From Antedon mediterranea (taxonomy: Eukaryota > Animalia > Echinodermata), in the NCBI RefSeq assembly GCF_964355755.1, contig NC_092674.1:23126001-23190000 (forward strand): a stretch of DNA of 64,000 nt, read 5' to 3'. The position numbers were made by a program, and so were the translations under genes. Positions 1 through 12,400 of this stretch are shown piece by piece; within the stretch, counting starts at the first letter, position 1, and each line of letters starts with the position of its first letter. The notes beneath the pieces are model-generated. The model searched no databases. It worked only from the letters and a program-made list of their open reading frames with translations, and was not told the DNA's origin.

Positions 1-133
1 ATTTGCTAACCTGCTGCTAACCCATTTGCTAACAAGTTGTTAACTCATTTCCTAACCTGTTGCTAACCTGCTGCTAACCCATTTCCTAACCTGCTGCTAA
101 CTCATTTCCTAACCAGTTGTGGCAAACCCATTT
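1..133. repeat. Low-complexity tandem repeat
   Basis: GCTAACCCATTT / CCTAACCTGCT units. Confidence 0.75.
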
Positions 134-255
134 GGAGTGTTGGAGAGCCATTTAGGGTCCCTAAACCAGGGGCCTTTAGCTTCTATGTCACACCAACTGT
201 GTACTACGTTCTTAGCTATACTACTGTATACGTTCTGTGCATGCATGTACTGTAC

Positions 256-430
256 CTCTCTTGGTATTCTCTCAACGAATCTTCTGCCCTCTGAAGACTC
301 TCAAGTTCTTTTAACACCTGTTGCGCATGTGATTGTGAATATCTATGTTGCACATAAGCAAAGAAGCATCCACCAACTGCAAGCAACACTGAAATCACTA
401 ACGTCCAATCTTTGATGTAGTTGTTGGGCT
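256..430 (-). CDS. STIM1: STIM exon 6 (TM helix and CC1 start)
   Basis: KPNNYIKDWTLVISVLLAVGGCFFAYVQHRYSQSHAQQVLKELESLQRAEDSLREYQER. Confidence 0.94.
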
Positions 431-3400
431 CTGTAATGACAAATTTGTCAATTATAAAAAAAAATATAATACAGGTCTCCCTCCAATTAAAGACCACTTT
501 TGGGACCTATAATTTAGTGGTCTTTAGTAGCTCTGCCCTCCAACTATTATAATTGGTATAATTAAAGGGGAATTAGAGGAAAATTAAATGTAGTAGTGAT
601 GTAGTGAAAAAATTGTAATAAAATCTTGAATTATCTGTATTCAATATCGGCCAAAATATTAAATAGCAAGCCTTCTGGACCTCTCTTCATTTTACCGAAA
701 ACATTAAAGATGTATTTTCCCCCTGAAAAAATAATTCTTACAAATTTTTTTTTTGAATATTCCATTTTAATGTAACATAATAGTTATCCACTTTGACCAA
801 AAATTAGATCGGAAAAAAATGTATTTCTCCCTGAAAAAAATCTAATTTAAAGCAAAAAATTGTCAAATTGGCTGCCAGCCAATGGATTTTTGGTTGAATT
901 TAACAGTTTATTTTGTCATTTTACAAGTGAAAACATAATTTGTTTTCGGTTTTTTTCTATGGAAATGATTAACTTTATTAAAACTACAAAATAACATATT
1001 CATAGTCTGATTTAAATAATTTTAATTTTTTATGTTTTGGGGGGACAATACATCTTTTCTGAGCATTTCATTTACTTGATAATATATATATATATATACT
1101 GAGATGAGAGCCATGTTCACATGAACTAGTTTTCAAGCTTCAAACCTGTTCATTCATACAGTACTGTATAAAGCTTGATACATATATCAGTGTGAACACA
1201 AAGCTGTTATTCAATAATGATAATAAACCAAGGTTTAAGTCTTACATCGGATTTAACATAAACCACATGTAATCTAATTTGTATGGTGAGCGATTTGTTA
1301 TCGCCACTACTAATATTTTCTTTTTAAAACTATACATTTTTAAAAACAGAATCATTTCCTTACTTGTTGTTTGCTAATTTATTCTGCTTTTATGTTTAAA
1401 AAAAAGTAACATGCAACCCGTAGACTGATATCAATACATTTTTAATTGATTAATTTCCAGAATATCACTGGGTGGTGGTTTCACTATGCCAATAAATGTT
1501 TATAATAGTAATACTGCATGATATAAAGTACAGGCAAGAAAACCATAACTAAACTATAAAACTATATACTACTTCTAACAATAATCAAATACGGAATTTC
1601 GCAAAATTCTGCTGTTAAAAACCTGTCAGACTTTTAATGTAATCATCTAATGAAACATTTTTGATATAGGATGATAATAAAATCTGAAGTTATAATGCAA
1701 ATAGTCCGCTTTTTTACATCATTTTCTATCTTTCAATAAGAAATTGCTTCTAAATATGAAGCATAAAACTACGCTATAAAACTGTATGTGCCCAAATATG
1801 GAAGTAATATGCACAAATAGGATTGTGCTATGACATCATCATGTTCATATAACGTTTTGTTGTGTTTAATAGTGTAGACAGAGCTTTGGGATACAATAGA
1901 TCAATAATTATAGGAATAGACATGTTTTGCCCGCACCTGGCCTTTAAAACTCTAAAACATAGAAGCATCATTGAATATTACATTTAAACAGCTGATTTAT
2001 TATTGTAAGCTTACACGTTATTCAAAATTATAATGTCATTTTAAAGGACATAATTTATTATTAATTAGGAAATAGCTAAATAACAGAATTTATTTTTAGA
2101 CAACAACGAAGCAGAAACAGTTTTGTAAATATAGTTTCTCTAGTTTTTTTAAAGAGGAAAGATTGAGATAAGACTTTCTTAAAGAGGAAAGATTGAGATG
2201 TGACTTTCTTAGAGGAAATATTGAGATGAGACTTTCTAAGAGGAAATATTGAGATGAGACTTTCTAAGAGGAAAGATGAAACTTCCTTAAAAAGGAAAGA
2301 TTGAGATGAGACTTTCTTATACACTGTAGATAGAAAATTCACCAAAATGAAAACATAGCCAAATCTATACATGTACATAAATTTGATGTTTATCCGAAAA
2401 AGTTCTGTTGACTGTTCAGCACTTAGAGGTGCCCTACATTTTGCGCTATATTAAATTGAACTTTATTATTATATATTACAGTGAAACATTAAAAAAAATG
2501 TATTTGTACATGTACATTTAAAGCTGAGGTACAGGCATGAATTTTAAATATAATATCTGACTAATTGTATGTAAATCAAATATTTGTAACAGAAATCAAG
2601 ACGAAAGAACATGAATTTCCCTTAATATGGTCAAATACAAAATTTGGCAAAATTCTGCCATAAAAACCAGGAAGACTTTTTTTCAGTAGTTAGGTAGTTA
2701 AACCTAATATAATAACATGTCTGGTGACTCCCTAGAAGGTGAAAAAAGATGGTGGATATACGGTGGATAATTTTTGCTATAGCATAAAAATAAAAATCTG
2801 AAGTTGAATAAAAATACCCGAAATGTAAAATCAAGTTATATTACCTATATTTAGTCATCTGATAATATTTTTTACCACACCGTTTATTTTTCATAGCTTC
2901 TTAAAATGCCTCTCTATTTTGTGTACAAAAGAATAGAGATTTTTCTGTGTAAATTAAACTATCCCCCCACTGACAAGAAAGTGCTTATTTTCAACAAGCT
3001 CGTGTAACACAAATAAAATCCCAAAAATTATGAAACATAGGGGAAACTGTAGATCGATAATTATTGGAAAGTATGATCAATAGAAATTTTTTCCCACACC
3101 TGGCCTTTAAAGAAACAACCCCTTTAAGTATAATAACCAGGTCTATTCTGTTTAACTGTACAATATCCTTGGATTACCATGATTACACTTGTTGCTATAG
3201 TGATTATAAAACACAAGTTATTAACACTTTCTTACAGGTTAACATTGTCATTTTGTAAATATCCAATGTACTTGTAATTACCAAAAAGACAGTAAAGCTA
3301 CAATACTAATTACTCTATTGTATGATTATATTATCATTGTCAAGGTGAGACTATTATAAACAAATTAGTCATATTTTCAACATAATTATCCAAAAAATAC

Positions 3401-6400
3401 TATACTTTCAGTTTTATTAACAAATAAAGTCATTACAATTGGGGACAAGTATGATTGCAATACTTAACCTACCTTTTAAAAGCATACTTTTAATATATTT
3501 ATTTTTAACATAGAATTATGTAATTCAAACATTATTAAATATATCCCGAAAAATCTATATTAATTTGCTTTTTTAAAAACATGTTATTTGATTCTAGAAT
3601 GAAATAATAAATGAAATTTATTTCGATAAATGAAGTTGATGACATTTTTATACTTTTTAATATTGTTTATCATATAGAGTTATATTAATGTTTATAATAT
3701 ATTGAGCGTTTGGTCAAATAAGTAAGATTTATTTTTTTGTACAAAATAGAATCTATAACTATATTTTTATGTCTACAAATCTACAATTTTGTAAAATTTT
3801 TTATTTTATTATATTTTTAATTATTAGAGTTTATTGTTTAAATATATTGTATTGTATTTGGTAAATAAAATAAGTGAATTGAATTCAATTTAACATCTTT
3901 TACAGAAAAAAGTAATCTGTAATGTGTTTTTTAGATGGCATTTTTATTCTTTTAAATTTTTATAGTTATTGTTAAAATATATTTTGTTTTAAGATCAAAT
4001 AAAGAAGTGAATTGAATTTTATATTTCAATTAATTAAACATCTTTTTACTCGGGGTACCCGAGTCTAGTACTTACTCATTTTCTCCTTCTCTTCCTCCAT
4101 CTGGACACTATTGAGTAAAAAGTGCGATTTTTAAAGTACTACTCCTCCCTTATTCGTTATAGTATTGAGCTGGGATTTGGCATGAACATACTACAGGGAC
4201 ATGTCCTCAAAGCTATAGAGCCGGATTTTTAATTTTTTGTTAATTAATTTGTTTAATTAAGAAGCCACAATGTGTGACACACACCACAGCGTTATGTAGT
4301 TATATGGTTATATGCGGATTCTTGGCGTAGTGGTTATTACGTTTGCTTAACACGCAGAAGGTACCTGGATCGAGCCCGGACGAAACCTTTTTTTTTAACT
4401 TTATGGTGAAAAGTACTGTATACGCAATATGATAATTATACAGAGTATATCTTATTTTTATTATTTTTTAAAATACTTATTTTGTGTAATCGGTAATTAT
4501 CACTTTTACACATGTTTATTTTGCTTTGTGCTTATTACCATTTATTTGTAATTTAAATGGATTAAAAAACTTTCTGTAACCCACATTTTTAATGTAAGAG
4601 GTTTCGTAGTGTAGTGGTTGTCAAGTCTGCTTAACACGCAGAAGGTCCCGGTTCGAGCCCTGGCGAAACCTATTTTCTTTACTTTCTAACTGTATACGTC
4701 TGTATACAGCTTCTTTCGCTGTACCCCGAGTATTGCACATTCGTGCTTGTTTGTACAATAAGAATTAATCTAATAACGGTGTTTTTATGAAATGTTCGAT
4801 CAATTATTTAAATGACACTATGCCTGTTCTAACATAATGTTATCCTTTTTAAAAGCATGTCAGTTGTCACGCGATATTGAAATCTACTAAAAGCTTCTTC
4901 TTTTTTTGTATAAGATAAGAGCAAGCTCTTGCCTGAATAACAATGATTTTCAAGCCTAAAAGCACTATAGTGTTCTTAGCTTAGCATTTAGGTTAAGAGG
5001 CGAGATACTTAAATTAAGTCTATGTTAAGTACGTGAACAACAGTTCTTAAGTTGTAATATTAACTTCAAAAGTGACTAAATACTTGAAATTTTTAGAAAG
5101 AAGATTTAATCTATTACAAGTAAAATGTAATGAGATTAAATGAACCTCTTCTAAGATTTGTTACTATACTGAATGATATAAAAAAGCTGTAAGGTGTTAA
5201 GCATGCTTCCAATATTTTTTGCACAGTAATAAAAGCGACTCAAAATAGCCAAAATGCTTTGTAAAATCATAGCACAGAGAAAGTAGCGGGCTGTTACTGC
5301 ATGTAATATTTCAGGGCCAGGATAGCGTTAAATTTCAAGATTTGATTACGCATTTGCGACATGGTCAATATATCAATTTTCTTATGTAAAAAATATAGCA
5401 AAAGTAAAGTAAAGAACCAGAGTAAAATAAACGGCATCTGCCATCAAAAAGTGAACAATATTTTATAGCTACAGTAATCACCACAGTCCAACAGCATGTC
5501 GCTAATAACATACAGTAATGTTCTTTAGTAGTATTATTAAGCCTTAACGGAACTGTAATATTAGTACAGTCATTTTTTGCTTTAAAATATTGTTTACTTT
5601 AGGTTGGTTGGTTCATTCTAAATTTATGAAGATAAGTTAATTTCAGCACTACATCTTGCCATTTGCAGGGTCTGGCCCTAATTTCTAAATCTTGAATCAC
5701 TATTAACAGTTTCAGAAAAAAATATTGTGATAATAGGGGGTTACCCCGGTGAACTGGTTCACACAATAGCCCCTGTATCAGGGGGATTACCACCTATCTG
5801 ATAGGACAGTGATTAATTCACTATTGGTAATCCTTGGCCACATTGCCTAAAGAAATAAAATAAATAAATAAATAATAAACGTTCCTTTAATGATAAACTA
5901 CAGGCATAAACAAAATTAAATTCATTGTCATACTAGAAAATGTTGCTTTGTGTACAGACCATGTGGCTCTTTATTTCACCATCCGTCTGTTACTAGATAT
6001 TAATATGCATTGTATTGCTGTGAACTCTACTCAACTAGGAGTATCATTATTACATCGCATCCTAAGAACAACTGGTAACAACGAGCAAATTACTTTCGCT
6101 TTGATGAACTGACATGTTTAATGATCTACTTCAGGTTTTAGTTCATTATGATCTGACTATAGACTAGATATTACTCAGGTTTGGCATTTAAGCAGTAATT
6201 GAGAACAGAATCTGTTTTGTATTGTATTTGTAATAATAATCACACTGAATAAATATTGTTTGACTGATGAGTATTTTTTAAGTATTTTAAAAGTACAGAA
6301 TTAAATCTAACAAGCACAAACAGTTATTTATGAAGTTTTGTTGCATGCTTTCGACTATAGCGCATGTAAAGTGGTACTATACTTACTTCATTGAGGCACT

Positions 6401-9400
6401 TACTTATTCTACAGTGTTGCTTATTGTACTATTATTTATGAGACTTACTAACAGAAATGGAGCCTATTTGGCTGTGGCGTTTATTTGACTGCGACCCTTA
6501 TTGACTATGGTACTTATTTATATGATATGTGGCACTTATTTGACTGTGATGCTTATTGACTGTGGCACTTATTTGACTGTGGTGCTTATTGACTGGTGTA
6601 CTTATTTATATGAGGCACTTATTTGACTGTGATGCTTATTTACTGGTGTACTTATTTATATGTGGCATTTATTTGACTGTGATGCTTATTGACTGGTGTA
6701 CTTATTTGTATGTGGTGCTTATTGACTGGTGTACTTAATTATATGAGGCACTTATTTGACTGTGATGCTTATTGACTGTTGCACTTATTTGACTGTGATG
6801 CTTATTGACTGCGGCACTTATTTGTATGTGGTGCTTATTGACTGGTGTACTTAATTATATGAGGCACTTATTTGACTGTGATGCTTATTGACTGTGGCAC
6901 TTATTTGACTGTGATGCTCATTGGCCGTGGCACTTATTTGTATGTGGCACTTATTTGACTGTGATGCTTATTGACCGTGGCACTTATTTGTATGTGGTGC
7001 TTATTTGACTGGTGTGACTGTGGTACTTATTTGACTGTGGTACTTATTTGACTGCTGCACATAATGTGACCGTGGCACTCATTTGACTGTGGTGCATACA
7101 GTATTTCATTCAGCTGCACTTATTTGCTTTGGTATTTTTACTGCGGCACTTATTTGAATGTCACTCAGTACAGTACAATACCTATCATGTCAGGTTGAGG
7201 GGAAAAATTGACTACATTATGCATCATTTTTATGAGGAATATTGCAGTAAACACAACAAATATCAACTTGTTTTTATAATTACTTGTTATGACACTTTCT
7301 TATCAAAATCGATTGTTTACTTTGTGTGCAATCTAATAGATAAGCAAGATAATTTGCTGATGGCCCCAGTTCCCACCATATTGGTTTGTACTTTTGAATC
7401 AAAAGTGGCATACAATTTGGTTATTTCATTTATTTTTTATTGTCATACTTTTTGCTACGTTAAACCAGTAACAGAAATCACTGTGCAGTGTGTAGGTTCT
7501 ATGCAGTTTTATACAAGTGTCAGTACTTATTTCATTCCGTTACTTGCTCCATTATTTGTAAGGTATTCCAAAACAGTGATCCAAATTACATAATACACGG
7601 TATACAGTACTGTAGTTATTACATACTTGTTCACATTAAATTGGTTTAAGATATTATAAATGTAAATTTGAATGATAATTCCAAACTGAAACATAAATTT
7701 ATGGTTCATAATATCTTTATCATGGTAAATGGCAGTCGTATAAAAAGGTCCATAATAATTAATATCATCTATAATGAAATTGACTACAGTAACTGGAAGG
7801 TTAGGCTTTTCCCCAATATACTTTTTCTATTGATTGATATAGAATTTTTAAGCGCATAATGTAAATTCAGACATAAATTAAAAGTTGCTATACTATTTGG
7901 GACAATTATGTCCTACTGTAAATGTATACATTTAAATATTGAATACAACAAGCAAGCCGTGGTGTGCATTTAATCACAATCACAGCCCCTGTCCACACTA
8001 TACCTTGACGAAGACTGGTATAAATTTCAAACACAGTCCCTGTCCATACTACACTTTGACGAAGGCTGGCTTTAAATTTCAATCACAGTCCCTGTCCACA
8101 CTACACCTTGACGAAGACTGCTTTAAATTTTAATCACAGTCCCTGTCCATACTACACTTTGACGAAGACTGCTTTAAATTTCAATCACAGTCCCTGTCCA
8201 CAGTACACCTTGATGAAGACTGCTTTAAATGTCAATCACAGTCCCTGTTCACACTAATACCTTGACAAAAACTGCTTAAACAAATTTCCAGATACTGTAC
8301 TCACTTTTAGGAGGGCCAAATAGCACAACATCCATTGCATTGATAGAGATCTTGTGGCGATGAACCGGGTTCAATATCCCCAAAACTTTTTGCATAATTT
8401 GAACATGATTTACAGCAAGTCTGCCAAGAAAAAAACAGAGTATATACAGTATAACTGAGTGGTAGAGCACTTAAGACAGGGACACAGCCATTATATAGGC
8501 ACACTTTTAAGGTTCTCCTTGCCATAGTTCTCGGGTACAGAACTTCAAACTGAATATACAAAACCAATAGTTTGAACTAACTTTCAACACGAAACCAGTT
8601 TGTTGAAATGAAACAAAACAATTTTCCTGGAAAAAATATTCACAGGAAATATACAAAGTTTAATGATTTATTCTTTCTAAACAAAGGCCCAATCTTTTTA
8701 AAGGTGTTGTACCATGTTTGAATTGGGCAAATATTTTGCCCCAATCAATGTAATTTTCAGTACATTGAGAACACTGAACAAAATTTGTTGTCTGTAGGTG
8801 TACAGTAAATTGAACCAGAAACTACAAGCCCAGTGTCACAGGGGTCGAAAGTGACCCTGAAGAATAGGGTTAGAGTCAAGGCTAAGGAAGCAGTGGTTAC
8901 CAATATTATACATTATATTATTTTAATTATTAAAAATAAGCTTATTTATAAATGTTTTATTGGGTTCTGACCATTCTAGAGGTACTTTGTCACGTTTAGA
9001 AGTACTTTTACAAGTCTCTTCCCATCACTGTCTTCTTTTTATATTTTTTAATTGATTTTTATTTCTGCTTATATGTGCTTGTTTTTTTTTTTCTATTCAT
9101 TAGTATTACTATTATTACTATTATGTGACTAATAAATGAATGAAATATGTATCTTTCATCTAAATCAGTAGATCTATTGGTTTTCTGTATAAACTCATTA
9201 AGTGGAGCAAGCAATTCAATGCTTTCTCATTGCTTGCTGTAAACCTGCATACTGTACACCTGTAAACACTGATAATATGAAATTCAATCTGAAATCATAA
9301 TAATGTATTGTAATATTTTGATACAAGCAATAAACCTTCTTGACTTTGGCGCATAATTATGTAATGCAAGAATGTACAAGAAACATGCTGTGTTGTGTGT

Positions 9401-12400
9401 TATAAATAGAGAGCTTTCAATTTGAGAGGACCTGTTGCACAAATGACGTTTTTACTATGTTTGAATTCAGGTAGATGCAGTTTGGGAGGGGGACAGATAC
9501 AGATGAGCATCACCCATAAATATTATCTGTACTGTAGAATATTTATTATTTTTCAGTAATATCAACCATGTCTCTCTGGAAAAGGTCAATGGACAGGTTG
9601 TAATTATCGTTGAAGTAATATCTCCTAAAGACAGAAAATTACCACTGGATAGAGATTTCACAGGGGTATCTATATATTGTTGACTGGCCAATCATATCTG
9701 TGATGAGTAAAACAAATGGTTGTTTTTTTTATAGATTTCACAGGGTTTGTAATACGAGTGTGAATACAATACATGTCAGGTTGTAACACATTGTAACATC
9801 AATGTATCAGTACTGTAGTGTGGACAGGGTATAAACAATACCTAGGTAGCATTTTGCCATCAACTGCATTCACTTGAAATGTTTCACTATACTGCTCCAG
9901 CTCAAGACGGTCAACAAGCCACTCTACCATTTGTTCTGTTGTCCAGTTGCAAACTAAAATAAAATATACATTAAAAATTAGAAATTGTCATTAATTTAAA
10001 AAATGATGAAATTACTTCTGTACATAACAAATAGAATGAAATCCCTTCAATTTCAGAAATTGCAGTATACAAGTACATACACAGTAGGCTTTTTATGAGT
10101 ACAAACAATCTTATTTTGAACATCTTGGATTGGAAAAAAAATGTTATTATTAAAATTATAAATCGAAAGCCCTAACTCTCCCAGAAGCTCATATAACTCG
10201 ATAAAGAGATATTAATTAAAGAACACACCTATTCCAATAATTGTACAGTTTGTGGGAGTGGTCCAACATACTGTAGGGGCAGGCTATACTGTACATCAAA
10301 AATATTTTAAAGAATTTTTGGCACATATACCAAAATAATATATTTTCCTCAGTCTGGCATTATAGAATTGATTGATAAGGTGTCGGGTGCTTTTCTGCAT
10401 GCCAAGCTCAACTCAAACAATCTTATTGTGAAAATGTTGTTGTTGTACGTACAGTACAAGTAGCCAAATCAAAAAAGGAAAAATATGTATATATGATTAT
10501 AAACTGTGCACTAATCAACAAACAAGTTTTTTTTTTAAAATGAAAATTAAATAAATAATAATAATAATAATAATTTAATAAAATTTGATTATACAGTACA
10601 GTGGGCTTTTAACAAAACAATGTTATTGCATACTTTACTATACCTATGTATTTATTATAAAATATTGCCAAATGGAAATCCAAAACATAAAGTAACTAAA
10701 TTTATAATATTATTTAATATTGTGCACTAAGAAATTCATAAAAAGTAAAATTTTAAAACAATTAATTAAATAATTTTTTTTAAGGTTTGGTTGGTTTGTC
10801 TGTCTGTGAATGATCAGTGCAATAAAAAAAAAATCAACTAAAAAAAAATGGCCATCTTTCGATTCTAAAATCATTTGGTCTATAGTTCATTCTGTGCATA
10901 GTTTTAATATTTATTTACAATATAGTTTTACAGACGATTTTACCTGTACAATCAAAACAATTGTACTAGAGTTAGAAGTCAAGCAATAGGAAGGAATTAC
11001 TCATGATAAGGAAACAGACAAGAATTGGATTGTGAGCTGGTTTAAATTTGGGTGTGTGACTTACTGTACTGCATGTTGAGTTAAGAAATAATTAGGGAAA
11101 TTGCACTAACTATTGTAGTCTGTTGTACGTACCTGGGCAAATCAACAACATTTGATTTGTATATTTATATTAATACATTTCCTATTAAATAATTATTGAA
11201 GAATTTTACAATATCTGGCTTACAGTACATGCATAAAATGGCAGATGACATCATTTTTTTTGGGTAAATTGTAGTAGTAGGTTGTGTTCTATGTATTTAT
11301 TATCAAAAAGTTTGAAGGTAAACAAAGCATTATTTACAGCCTTAGGGTCAATTTAAGGTCAACCTGGATTCTATGCCTTTTACGTAATTTGGTCCTTTGC
11401 TGTACCCAAGGTAGCCTACTGTATCTACAGTAGCGGAAATTGATATTTTTCATTATTTCTTGCCATAATAAGAGATAATTTATTGAAGAACACACCTATT
11501 CCAATAATTATACAGTCTGTGGGAGTGGTCCAACAATAGGGGTAGGCTTACAGGGAAAAATTTCATTTTAAAATTTTGTTTAGCAATTATTGCTAAACAA
11601 ACTGATTTTTTATTCGAGAAACATAGTTTTGTATTGTCTTTTTTTGCTACACAATTTTAGAAATGTGTAGCAATAAGGTTGTTTTGTATAGCCTTTTGCT
11701 ATGCTACACTGGCGAAATTATTACCTGGCGGCTACTGTATACTGTAGATCAAAAACATTTTAAATAATTTTTGGCATGCCACCAATAATAATATACTTTC
11801 TCCCATCCGGCATGGCTGAATTGATTGATATAGAATTGTTGGCGCGCAAGTGCTAATTCTGCTTGTTGCCGCTTTTCCGCATGCTAAGCTCAACTCACAA
11901 GACAACAAACTCAATTGAAAAACATAACAGTAGCATCAATCATTATTAAAATAAATTCTATAATTTGATGGAATTAAGTCCTGTATTCATTAGATAAACA
12001 AGACGAATACATCAGATGTCCCAAACCAACCATTTCCATACTTTCCTTCTAATACTATTTCCTGAGTATCATGAATTTCTCTATGGACATTTTATTTATA
12101 CGGACAATAAAATTGTTCTTGGAATCTTCTTTACTCTGTGGGACTCTTGACAGGATTCGACTCAGGAAACTCAGACAAATTTCATGGTTTAATAAATAGC
12201 AAAAGGACTATTTCTATAACATCACTTTCTGTGATTTTTATCTAATAAATATATTTAGATAAGCACACAAACCAAGACCCATCATTTATTACATTTAAAA
12301 AAACATCTTTAAAAAAAATGTTGAAGTAAAATAAAACTTCAACCAAGACTGGACACAATTTATCGAAATACAAACAAAATATTAAGTGCAAAGGAAAGAA

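Larger units (their letters stand above)
4043..4752 (+). mobile_element. Non-autonomous Helentron-like (HINE/DINE-1 architecture) element carrying two tRNA-Val copies
   Basis: 5' TTTTT-ACTCGGGGTAC-CCGAGT; 3' GTACCCCGAGT-A followed by a GCAC-attc-GTGC hairpin and TTGTT. Inserted in a T-run; a paralogous empty site is visible near 3893-3925. Confidence 0.7.

Noticed and set aside
1-133. CTAACC repeats resembling telomeric DNA
   Set aside because: Irregular units, not (CCCTAA)n, and located inside a STIM intron.
119-415. 98-aa plus-strand ORF (likewise 53124-53432, 48568-48863, 50100-50348)
   Set aside because: Antisense shadows of real exons.
4316-4670. Functional tRNA-Val genes
   Set aside because: Stem mismatches and T-arm defects, and they are embedded in a mobile element; called pseudogenes.
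6460-7160. CRISPR-like appearance of short repeats (also 38830-39380)
   Set aside because: Contiguous degenerate units without unique spacers, no cas genes, eukaryotic intron context.
7129-7593. 154-aa ORF
   Set aside because: AT-rich intronic composition, no motif, starts in a minisatellite.
9440-9720. Possible intronic snoRNA or conserved element in STIM intron 4
   Set aside because: No convincing C/D or H/ACA box arrangement on the host strand; conservation cannot be assessed here.
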